Assembly (NCBI GenBank): GCA_964407715.1
Contig: CAYOWP010000001.1
Location: 62,652-126,651 of the forward strand
Reading direction: 5' to 3'
DNA: 64,000 nt
DNA from: an uncultured archaeon
GTDB lineage: Archaea; EX4484-52; JAADEF01
Shown: one piece after another, positions 49,688 to 58,740 of the stretch
How positions within the stretch are numbered: the stretch's first letter is position 1
Layout: every line of letters begins with the position of its first letter
The notes under the pieces: generated by a model
Database searches by the model: none
What the model was told of the DNA's origin: nothing
What the model saw: the letters and a program-made list of their open reading frames with translations, nothing else
Translations under genes and position numbers: made by a program

Positions 49688-50380
49688 TTATTTTCCAAAT
49701 CTCCTTTCCTTTTGTTTAAATTCCTCTATAATTTTTAAAAAGTCATCTTTTGTTATCTCAGGCCAGAATTTGTCCACAAAGAATATCTCCGCATATGCAA
49801 TTTGAAATAATAAGAAATTACTTATCCTCGTTTCCTTTCCTGTTCTTATTAAAATATCCACATCATTTTGTACCCATAAATATTTTTTGAAATCTTCCTC
49901 ATCACCATCCTTAAATCTCTTTGCAGCATAAACAATCTCTTTTCTTCCTCCATATCCTAAAAGCAAATGTAATTTTTTCTTTTTAGTATCCCTTTTTGAA
50001 TACTTTTTAAAATACTTCTCTAATTTCTCTATTGTTTTCTGTACAATTTCCTTAATATCTTCTCTTTTAAGAAGGATTTCTTTTTTGTAATGTAGATGTA
50101 TATCATATGTGCTGTTCAAGTCCTTATAAATCTTCGGTATCATCTCTTGAGCAATCTTTATTAATCCTTGCAATTCCTCTTTTTTTCTTTTAGCAATATT
50201 CTCGCTTGAGAGAAGAAATATACTAACCTCATTAATCTCGTCAATCTCGCTACACCATCTTATGAAATCTATAATTCTCTTAGCACCTTCTTTATGTCCT
50301 GCAGTTACGCTTAATCCTCTCTCTTGAGCCCATCTTCTATTTCCATCTGGTATCAAAGCAACATGCATAACTAATCTCAT
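49688..50380 (-). CDS. uppS: cis-prenyltransferase (UppS family)
   Basis: HVALIPDGNRRWA, SSEN, YGGR, LIRTG, RISNFL. Confidence 0.93.
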   Translation of the reverse strand: MRLVMHVALIPDGNRRWAQERGLSVTAGHKEGAKRIIDFIRWCSEIDEINEVSIFLLSSENIAKRKKEELQGLIKIAQEMIPKIYKDLNSTYDIHLHYKKEILLKREDIKEIVQKTIEKLEKYFKKYSKRDTKKKKLHLLLGYGGRKEIVYAAKRFKDGDEEDFKKYLWVQNDVDILIRTGKETRISNFLLFQIAYAEIFFVDKFWPEITKDDFLKIIEEFKQKERRFGK

Positions 50381-50420
50381 ACAAAACCCGTTTTAAAAAA
50401 GTTTAATATAAGTTCTGGAT

Positions 50421-50905
50421 TGGTTAATGGGAAGCATAACCCATCAAGAGAGCATATCAAAGCAGCTAACCTTTTGTAGAGGTTAGCATGCTGTAATATG
50501 CTATTGAAAAGGAGATTTCTTCCCGTTAACCATTCATTGAATAAATAAAGAATGGTTAACGGGAAGTATAGCCATATCCAGAGCATATCAAAGCAGCTAA
50601 CCTTTTGTAGAGGTTAGCATGCTATAATTTGGCTTTGAAAAGCGATTTCTTCCCGTTAACCATTTTTTATTTAAATAATAAAAATTGGTTAAGGGGAAGA
50701 ATACCTTCTTTAAAAAGCATATCAAAGCAGCTAACCTTTTGTAGAGGATTAGCATACTGTAATGTGGAGTTATGAAGGCAACATCTTCCTGTTAACCATT
50801 TGTCTCGCAGCAGCTAACCTCCTATAGAGGTTAAGAAGCAACTAACCTTTTAAAGCTGTTACTATACTGTAAAACCTTTATAGGAAGGATATCTTTCTGT
50901 TAACT
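50421..50905. repeat. Tandem array of phased palindromic modules
   Basis: Units 50421-50532, 50553-50662 and 50686-50798 (period 132-133 bp) plus partial 50807-50905; central GCAGCTAACCTTTTGTAGAGG(A)TTAGCAT in all three. Confidence 0.95.
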
Positions 50906-50921
50906 TTATCAATAGAGATTG

Positions 50922-52124
50922 TTATAAAAGGAGGATTTGAGTCATTATATGCTTAATTTGTTTCTTTAGGAAGGATTTGTCAATTACATTATACAGAAAA
51001 TAATCGGCCATTGCAATGGGAAAGCATTTATTTAACTTTTTAAGTTCTCTCAAATCACGAGCATAGGTATCTTCATAGCTTAATCTCCTTTCTTTCCTAT
51101 TTATTAATCTGAAATATCTTTGATTTTTATGAGATATCAAAGAAATTAAAATAATCTCCGCATCACATATATTTTCTTTCAAAAATAAATATTCTTCCCA
51201 ACTGTATAACCCATCTATTATTATCACACGACTCTTTTCTAATAGCTCACAAATTCTCTGAAAGTTTAGCTTGGCAAAGGCTTCCATCCCATATTTCTCT
51301 CTCAATAATTCCCTTATTTTTCTCTCGCTCTCTTCATTTTTTTCCATATTCTTCTTTTTTATATACTCATCAGTGATATCCCCAAATCTAATATAAGGAA
51401 ATCCATAGATCCCTGTGATAATATCTCTTGCTGTTGTTTTTCCGCTTCCGGGCATACCAACCAAAGCAATAATTATCTTTGTAAACAATCTCTTTAACTC
51501 TGTAATAGAATATATTAATGGAAAATTATTTTCAAAAGCACATTTTTCATCTAAGCAGCTTCCGCATATGCCTATAAACCTTATACCTGCATTTGATGCC
51601 ATCTTATAATCAAGAACGCCATCACCAACAAATATTATTTCATCACATGAAAGGTTATATTTTTCCTTAATATAGTTGATGGCATCTGGTTCAGGCTTTT
51701 CTTTGAATCCATCTTCTTTTGTAGATATTATCTCCAAAAAATATGAGGATATGCGATTCTCTTCAAGTACATTTTTCATTATCTGTTTATTACTTCCGCT
51801 AATAATGAACAATAACACTCCCTTTTCTTTAAGAAACCTAAGAATTTCCTTTACTCCTCTTTTTATTTTTATTTTGGAAATGAATTCATCGTTTCTAACA
51901 TTTTTCAGATATTCCTTTACTATTTCCTCGTATTTATCACAATTTTCCCCAACAACATCTCTAATGATCTTTGTATAAGTATAACCCAACATGTACATTA
52001 TTTTCTTTTTTTCAACATTAAAGCCATATTTTTTAAAGACAGAGTAAAATACATCAACATATGCATCTACACTCTCAACCAATGTGCCATCAAAGTCAAA
52101 AATGATGGCTTTTATTTCTGCCAT
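50922..52124 (-). CDS. HAD phosphatase fused to a P-loop nucleotide kinase (UPF0200/dephospho-CoA kinase-like)
   Basis: FDFDGTL, KPEPD, VGDG..D, then VGMPGSGKTT, FGD, IDG, RD..E. Confidence 0.82.
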   Translation of the reverse strand: MAEIKAIIFDFDGTLVESVDAYVDVFYSVFKKYGFNVEKKKIMYMLGYTYTKIIRDVVGENCDKYEEIVKEYLKNVRNDEFISKIKIKRGVKEILRFLKEKGVLLFIISGSNKQIMKNVLEENRISSYFLEIISTKEDGFKEKPEPDAINYIKEKYNLSCDEIIFVGDGVLDYKMASNAGIRFIGICGSCLDEKCAFENNFPLIYSITELKRLFTKIIIALVGMPGSGKTTARDIITGIYGFPYIRFGDITDEYIKKKNMEKNEESERKIRELLREKYGMEAFAKLNFQRICELLEKSRVIIIDGLYSWEEYLFLKENICDAEIILISLISHKNQRYFRLINRKERRLSYEDTYARDLRELKKLNKCFPIAMADYFLYNVIDKSFLKKQIKHIMTQILLL

Positions 52125-52180
52125 ATTTTATGATTTAGTTTTTAGAAATTTATAAAGGATTATAGATAAAAATTAAGAGA

Positions 52181-52430
52181 AACATTGTCCAATAACTCTC
52201 TATTTGTTAAGCGGAAAAGTAACCTCTTAAAGAAGCATATTAGAGCAGCAAAGCTTGTAGAGCTAATGCGATTGTAAGGACGAGTTTTCTCATTAACAAA
52301 CCCTCATCAAAAAATTATTTGACAATTTGTTAACGGGAAGCATAGCCCTATTCGAAGGGTTAACTGCTCTCATGCGCTTCTTTGAGAGGTTATGTTTCCG
52401 CTTAACAATAAAGAATTATTGGACAATGCC
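52181..52430. mobile_element. 250-bp MITE with about 70-bp imperfect inverted ends
   Basis: Left AACATTGTCCAATAACTC..., right ...GAATTATTGGACAATGCC; internal TTGTTAACGGGAAGCATAGCCC; no TSD seen. Confidence 0.85.
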
Positions 52431-52476
52431 CATAATATACAAATTTAAAAAAATTTCAAAACCTAAATTTAAATAT

Positions 52477-53145
52477 ATGATTACATTCAAATATATAAGA
52501 GAGATTTATGAAAATGAAAAAAAACATAGAAATCTTCAAAAATTGGATGATGATTTTATCAAAAAAATTAATGATTATTTACAAAGAAAGGAGAAATTAA
52601 TAGAAAAGTCTTCAAAGACAGTGATGGATTATTCCGTTATTAATGAGGTAGAAAACTTCAGGAGCCTGCTTAGGAACTTGTTAGAGTTAAGAAAAAAGAA
52701 AATCTTGTTGTTGGCATTAAATCATGCTTTATCTCCACCATCAACATTTGATGAAACTATATTTTTAGACTTTGAAAAGAAGTTATATGAGAAAATTATA
52801 GATGAATTAAAGAATTTTAATGATGAAGTTGAGCATGTTTTCAGTACAGAAGCAAAAGATAAAGAAAAAGTAACAGAAAAAGAGAATGAGAAATCTCAGG
52901 AAAAAAAAGAAGAAAAAGAAATGGATAAAACTTTACTACATCAAACAAATAAAACTGAAATCATGGAAGAAAAGAAAGATTCGAAGTATATGGTTGAAGC
53001 AACAGAAAATATTCCCTCTTTCCTTACCTATAAAAAAGATTTTCTTGGGCCATATATGAAAGGAGAAAGATTTATATGCGACAAAAAAATTGCAGATATG
53101 CTGAAAAAATTGAATAAGATAAAGATTCTATATGAAATTGAATAA
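52477..53145 (+). CDS. GINS complex subunit (Gins15/51 type)
   Basis: ITF...EK...LQKLDDDF, RKKKI, C-terminal B-domain IPSF...GPY..G; upstream ORF extension lies in the MITE. Confidence 0.78.
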   Translation: MITFKYIREIYENEKKHRNLQKLDDDFIKKINDYLQRKEKLIEKSSKTVMDYSVINEVENFRSLLRNLLELRKKKILLLALNHALSPPSTFDETIFLDFEKKLYEKIIDELKNFNDEVEHVFSTEAKDKEKVTEKENEKSQEKKEEKEMDKTLLHQTNKTEIMEEKKDSKYMVEATENIPSFLTYKKDFLGPYMKGERFICDKKIADMLKKLNKIKILYEIE

Positions 53146-53154
53146 ATTCAAAGA

Positions 53155-56100
53155 TTATATAGAATACAAATCCTCATCCATCTCTATTTTAGGTTTTGAA
53201 GAAGAATATTTGATCACAACATACACTACTATCACCATTAAAATTACCAAGAATAAGAAAATAGCCAAATATTTGCCATAAGGTGGTTTTCTCTCTGGCA
53301 TAGAAAGAAATTCCTTATAATATTGCAACTCATCTATGCCTTGTTTATATACATCTAAATCTCCAACAGATGCTATAGAGAGATATTCTTCATAGAAATT
53401 ACATATATTTTCATAATCAAGCACATCTTGTCCACTAAGATGGCTTCTTATCTTTTTTACATTTTCTTCATTTACGCATATCTCATTATATAAGGACTCA
53501 AACCTCTCCTTTAGCTCTTCATATGTAGAAAGATAATATTGCGTATAATTGCATCTTTTAAGTTCTCCTCTATAAGTAGTTGCGTTCGCATAAAGCTCAT
53601 TTAAGGTTTCTCTTGATTCAATATCTATCAAATCTATTGTTCTTCTTTTTTGTTTAGCGCTTGGCAACCAGACTTCACATATCTCTGAGATATCCAAATT
53701 CTCACAACTTTTATTATTAAGAATATCACAAAGATACTCTATCTCATCCAATATCTCATCCAATTCCATCAATTTATCTTGAAGAGGTGATTCTTCAACT
53801 TTCTTTATGCTTGCTAATGTTTCATAAGTTAATATCACAAATGAAACATCATATTTTGTACGTAACAAAATGAATGTAAGTGTCACATTTTTACCGCATT
53901 TTCCTAAGATGTCATTTCTTATCTCAATTGGTATTCTATAATTCCCAGGTTCTGATATTACATATAACTCTTTATTTTCATATATTGTGTGAGGACTACA
54001 CATCTCAGATGATATCCTAATCTTAAGTCCTATTGTGCCCATATTATCAACATTGGTAAGCATATTTAAGGTTCCTGAACCAATGCCTTTATTTTTATCA
54101 TATAAAATAACTCTATCATCTAATGATAAAGATATATCCCTATTTGCTGAAATTATTTTTTTACGTATTGTAAAATTAATTAATGTTTTATCACCATACC
54201 CTATCGTTACTTTATTGCTTGAATTCAAATTCGCTCCAAATAGATATAGGGTTAGCATATATTCTTCTCCTGAAGAGAACATATTCTCGTTGTTATCTTT
54301 ATCTAATACAGGTTTAATATTTATCATGGCAGGATTATTATTTATTAATACCTTAAAATAGTCCATATTAAGATTTTGATCCCCTATATTTTTTAGATAA
54401 AGGTTTATTTTCTGAATATCATATATGTTATCAAACTCAATATCTATAATTTCGTTTTTCCTTAGTTTTCTCTTAAAACCTCTATCAGAAATATATGCTG
54501 TTAAGTGCATTCCGCTTAATCTTTCAAGAATCTCTATGCACTTTTCAAATACAGCAAGATAGTCATTTATTGTGTACTCAAAAGAAAGGCAATTAAATCC
54601 ATACTCAAAGATATAATTTGATGGTATCTCAAAAGTGGTATTTATAGAGTACATATCATTATGTGATGTATAAGAAACCTCAACACTCTCTTTATCTTTT
54701 AGAGAAGTGTATATTTTTGCATCTTCAAGAGATCCTGTTATTGGCTGTGAAAATAAGCTAATAACCTCTGCTCCCTCTCCCTTAAAGAATTCAGTAGAAG
54801 AGATATAAGTATATGAAGGTATAATCATAAAATCAAGGGGGATAGAAATTCTTTTATGTATGATTTCTCCATTTACATTTCCATCTATCTCCAAATTAAG
54901 CATAGGAGTGGTTAAAGAGCAAGTGATATTTGGAGGCAATCTAATCAAATATCCCGTAATTCTTCCATTATTGTCTATCATATAATTCTCGCTAGTTATT
55001 TTTTCTATAGAAAGATCATCAATGTTGCAATTATTATCTCCTATATTTAGAATCTCAACAGTAAGGGAATTATCATATACAACATTGCCATGTTTATCTT
55101 CAAGATAAGGAACAAAAAAAGCCAGAATATCACTACCCGCAAGATATGCCTCTGGGTGTATATGCTCCACATACTCTCTAACTGATGTGATGGTATAATT
55201 TAACTTAACATTGTATGCAAATTCATCAGAGATTTCAATCTCTCTTGAGGTATTATATTCTATTATATCTCCATATCCATTCCTATATTTTACCACATAT
55301 ACAATACCTATTGATTTACCAGAAAATGATTTATCTATCGCATACACCATTTCATCATCATTTTGTGGATTATAAGGTATTGTACTTAATATTTGTCCAT
55401 TATCCCTATCAACAATCTGAAAATATCTCTCCTCTATTGTTCCGCTATCCCCAATATCATATTCATCATAATTTTCCATTTTTATTGTTAAGTTCTGCCC
55501 ATAATAATATCTTCCATCCAAATCTTTAATACCCTCTATTATCAAATCTCCAGAATATACTTTTGGATAAAACAATACAGATTTTGATATACAATTATTT
55601 GATGTATCACCTCTACAATACTCTGCTAAAGATACTCCTTGAGGTAATTCTCCCATCACAATTAAAGGAGATATGAGCAATGATTTCTTTGGAGTTCCTG
55701 TTCGTGGGATAGCAATATCAAACAAAAAGCACGTTCTATCTTCACATAAATTCTCAGAAATTTCTGATGATATGAAGTGAAGCGAATACGTCTCTCTCAT
55801 ATATAATATGCTCATCGGATTTTCTAATGATGAAAGATATATTGGATGTTGGGTATTGATATCAATCACATATAATTTAAGCAACATATTTTCTCCAGGT
55901 GATTTTGAGGTATAGTAAACAGAATCTGCATAACCTCCAGATAATCCGCTATATTTTTTGATGATGTCAGAGCTTTCAAATAAAATATCATAATAATTGT
56001 TTTCTGATAACACATAATCAAGTTTATCTTTTAAGTTCACTCCACAATAAAGGTATATGATGCCGGTACTCACTATATTCTTTGTATCAACACAATATAA

Positions 56101-56430
56101 GCCTGCAATATTATTGTAAGGAATAAGATTTGGAGCATTATTATTGCTATCTCTAATGTTAAAGTTATTACATGTAGCTCTAAAGCATATGTACTTATTT
56201 TGTTGTGCAATAGAGGAAACCTGCGTAATTATAGCATTATTTGTAAGCTCATCAGTACCTCCATATATGATTGATGGAATACCAAAAACCTCAATACCTG
56301 TAGAGGAGTTATAATACACATCATTTTGAGGAATTTCAGAGCTTGATATTCCAAAACTTAAAGAAAAGTATGAAATCAAAAATAACACAAATGAGAACAC
56401 AAACCTTAAACTCTCTTTTTTCTTAACCAT
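53155..56430 (-). CDS. Large cell-surface protein with signal peptide and C-terminal TM
   Basis: 1091 aa; beta-rich Cys-containing body, helical stalk, TM near C-terminus. Confidence 0.7.
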   Translation of the reverse strand: MVKKKESLRFVFSFVLFLISYFSLSFGISSSEIPQNDVYYNSSTGIEVFGIPSIIYGGTDELTNNAIITQVSSIAQQNKYICFRATCNNFNIRDSNNNAPNLIPYNNIAGLYCVDTKNIVSTGIIYLYCGVNLKDKLDYVLSENNYYDILFESSDIIKKYSGLSGGYADSVYYTSKSPGENMLLKLYVIDINTQHPIYLSSLENPMSILYMRETYSLHFISSEISENLCEDRTCFLFDIAIPRTGTPKKSLLISPLIVMGELPQGVSLAEYCRGDTSNNCISKSVLFYPKVYSGDLIIEGIKDLDGRYYYGQNLTIKMENYDEYDIGDSGTIEERYFQIVDRDNGQILSTIPYNPQNDDEMVYAIDKSFSGKSIGIVYVVKYRNGYGDIIEYNTSREIEISDEFAYNVKLNYTITSVREYVEHIHPEAYLAGSDILAFFVPYLEDKHGNVVYDNSLTVEILNIGDNNCNIDDLSIEKITSENYMIDNNGRITGYLIRLPPNITCSLTTPMLNLEIDGNVNGEIIHKRISIPLDFMIIPSYTYISSTEFFKGEGAEVISLFSQPITGSLEDAKIYTSLKDKESVEVSYTSHNDMYSINTTFEIPSNYIFEYGFNCLSFEYTINDYLAVFEKCIEILERLSGMHLTAYISDRGFKRKLRKNEIIDIEFDNIYDIQKINLYLKNIGDQNLNMDYFKVLINNNPAMINIKPVLDKDNNENMFSSGEEYMLTLYLFGANLNSSNKVTIGYGDKTLINFTIRKKIISANRDISLSLDDRVILYDKNKGIGSGTLNMLTNVDNMGTIGLKIRISSEMCSPHTIYENKELYVISEPGNYRIPIEIRNDILGKCGKNVTLTFILLRTKYDVSFVILTYETLASIKKVEESPLQDKLMELDEILDEIEYLCDILNNKSCENLDISEICEVWLPSAKQKRRTIDLIDIESRETLNELYANATTYRGELKRCNYTQYYLSTYEELKERFESLYNEICVNEENVKKIRSHLSGQDVLDYENICNFYEEYLSIASVGDLDVYKQGIDELQYYKEFLSMPERKPPYGKYLAIFLFLVILMVIVVYVVIKYSSSKPKIEMDEDLYSI

Positions 56431-56468
56431 AAAATAATTTATATCTTCCGCATTCTTTATATATTTTT

Positions 56469-57713
56469 ATGGAATTACGACAGAATGTTTATTTCATATT
56501 ATTATATGCTATTATGTTAGGCATGCTTATCATATTCTCCATCTTTATTTATGTAAGGATAAGTGAAATGGAAAAAAATATAAATCTCTACAAAAACATC
56601 TATGATGCTATTCAAAAATCATTGAATGTATATTACTCAGGCGCTTTCTACAAATATAAGAATGATGTTCTCTCAAGTCATGATTGCTTCTCAAGATATG
56701 ATTCAAAAATGAGATTAAGCATATATTGCGATAATAAAAAACTCATACTTTTTTCCATAAATTATCCTCTTTTGTTAAGTATTCATAAAGGAAACAATCA
56801 GATATACATCGAAAGGGGAAGCATTGATTATTTGATTTTCAAATATTTTTATGTATTAGTAACAAACAAAAGAATTATGTTCATTAGATTTAATATTGAT
56901 AACTCAAGCATACAAGATGAAAAATTGGAAAATCTATTGGTATCTTTTTTCTTAAATATTCCTTCCTCCAACATAGTAGCATTCTATGATAAAAACAAAT
57001 ATTTTATAATATGTAATACAAAAGATTTAGAAAAATGTGATAAATACGACTTTATTTCCTCAACTATATTTCGCGAATCCATTATAAGCTCTCTCATAAA
57101 CTACATAAATATAGATTCAAAAGCACAATATTCAACTGATGCAATACATAAGCTAAGGAGAGATTATGAAAAATATGATCCTATATTTGTGGCTATTGTT
57201 GATGATGAACATAAATGCGGCATTAACGAGAATTGCTTGGTCTATAAAAAAGATGAAGAGGATTATCCTTTAAAATATGTATATGTTAATGAGGATGGAA
57301 CGAAAATAGAGAAAAAAATAAAAGAGGGCTACGAAATTATGCTTTTAACCTTATTTAAGGAAATGTATGGAAGATATAACAAAAAGACAGGACATTTTAT
57401 GGTTGAGGATGATATTTATAGAGAGATGTGGATAGATTATATCTCATTTTATGCACCTATATTGAGCCAAAGATATGCGCTTTTAAAAGAGAAAAAAGAA
57501 TATAGCTATGAATCTTATGAAGTATGCAAAGACTATTTTGAGCAAATCTCACAACTGTTATGCAACTCAACCCAACAAAACTTATGTAATGCAGCAAATA
57601 AGAAAGAAGATAAAGAGGAGAAGATAAATGAGATTTATGATATCTTGCTAAAGATAATGGAAGTAGGTAAAAAAATTATAAAAGAAGGATGTGAAGAAAA
57701 GGTGTTTTCATGA
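56469..57713 (+). CDS. Membrane-anchored exported protein
   Basis: N-terminal TM, paired Cys. Confidence 0.55.
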   Translation: MELRQNVYFILLYAIMLGMLIIFSIFIYVRISEMEKNINLYKNIYDAIQKSLNVYYSGAFYKYKNDVLSSHDCFSRYDSKMRLSIYCDNKKLILFSINYPLLLSIHKGNNQIYIERGSIDYLIFKYFYVLVTNKRIMFIRFNIDNSSIQDEKLENLLVSFFLNIPSSNIVAFYDKNKYFIICNTKDLEKCDKYDFISSTIFRESIISSLINYINIDSKAQYSTDAIHKLRRDYEKYDPIFVAIVDDEHKCGINENCLVYKKDEEDYPLKYVYVNEDGTKIEKKIKEGYEIMLLTLFKEMYGRYNKKTGHFMVEDDIYREMWIDYISFYAPILSQRYALLKEKKEYSYESYEVCKDYFEQISQLLCNSTQQNLCNAANKKEDKEEKINEIYDILLKIMEVGKKIIKEGCEEKVFS

Positions 57714-58192
57714 GATATAAAAAATCTCAAGGTAAATTATTAGAGCTTATCATAGGAGGGATTTTCATAGTGTTTATACTGATATCAATATACTCCTTTT
57801 ATTATTATCATCATCTAAAAGAGATAGAAAGCTTAGCAAGGCAAAGCGCATATCAGGTTGCCTTAAAATCATATAAAATTATACAGTGTGATCAAGCCCT
57901 GTCCATATCATCTAAGGATAAAGGCTTTCTTGATCTCGCAAAATTGGAGGGTATAAAAAGAATGGGCAATGATGAAGTAATTTGCGAATATCTTGAAAAT
58001 ATTACGGGATCAAAGATATACATTTATATAGAGGATCTTGAAAGCAAAAACTCATCAGAGATGAATAAGATTGAGATTTGCAAAAAAAGAAAAAACAAAA
58101 ATATGTATTTCTTTGATATGTATGTAAATGTATATGATCCCTATTACAATGAGATTCATATAGGATATATAAAGATTGGGGTATTGTCATGA
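57710..58192 (+). CDS. Pilin-like protein (class III-like signal)
   Basis: KKSQ followed by LLELIIGG hydrophobic helix. Confidence 0.55.
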   Translation: MRYKKSQGKLLELIIGGIFIVFILISIYSFYYYHHLKEIESLARQSAYQVALKSYKIIQCDQALSISSKDKGFLDLAKLEGIKRMGNDEVICEYLENITGSKIYIYIEDLESKNSSEMNKIEICKKRKNKNMYFFDMYVNVYDPYYNEIHIGYIKIGVLS

Positions 58193-58740
58193 GCAGAATA
58201 AAACTTAAAAGAGTAAAGATGCAAGCAGGAATCACATTGGCTGTTATTCTTTTATTGATTTTTGGAGTGCTTGTGCTTCTTGCTAAAAAAGAAACTATTA
58301 AAGAGGAATCATTTGAGTATGAAGATGATTATGCACATAGCATCCTTTATTCTGTCTTAAGAAGCACTACTAATAGCACAGATATAAAATGTAGAACCAC
58401 GAAAGACATTGCATACAAACTTATGCTACCTATATTAAAAGAAACATATTGCTGCGGAATTTATGATATTAATTGTTATGATTTCATAACAAAAACTTTG
58501 ATAGAGAAATTGGATAAGATAAATAAAACACTTAAAAAATCTTATCTCTTCTATTTTGAAATAGGAATAAAACAAAAAAATAATGAAGAAAAAGTGCTTT
58601 TCTGGTATGGAAACAAAACTTTAAAAATATGTAAGGGCAATAAAATATCTGCTATTCAATATCTTACAGAAGGTAAAACCACAGCTAAAATCTATGCTAA
58701 GGTATTGCTTATGAGAAGAGGAGAGATATGTTTGAAATAA
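58189..58740 (+). CDS. Pilin-like/exported protein
   Basis: Basic N-terminus, KMQ, hydrophobic helix, Cys pairs. Confidence 0.5.
   Translation: MSRIKLKRVKMQAGITLAVILLLIFGVLVLLAKKETIKEESFEYEDDYAHSILYSVLRSTTNSTDIKCRTTKDIAYKLMLPILKETYCCGIYDINCYDFITKTLIEKLDKINKTLKKSYLFYFEIGIKQKNNEEKVLFWYGNKTLKICKGNKISAIQYLTEGKTTAKIYAKVLLMRRGEICLK

Noticed and set aside
50377-50586. 69-aa ORF, and similarly 20199-20387, 4557-4787 and the 52327-52476 extension
   Set aside because: Open frames running through repeat DNA or antisense to real genes; no protein-like features
50421-50905. Integron attC array (AAC...GTT ends, bulged hairpin) served by the tyrosine recombinase
   Set aside because: No gene cassettes between units, ends do not fit RYYYAAC/GTTRRRY, and the recombinase lacks the IntI-specific insertion
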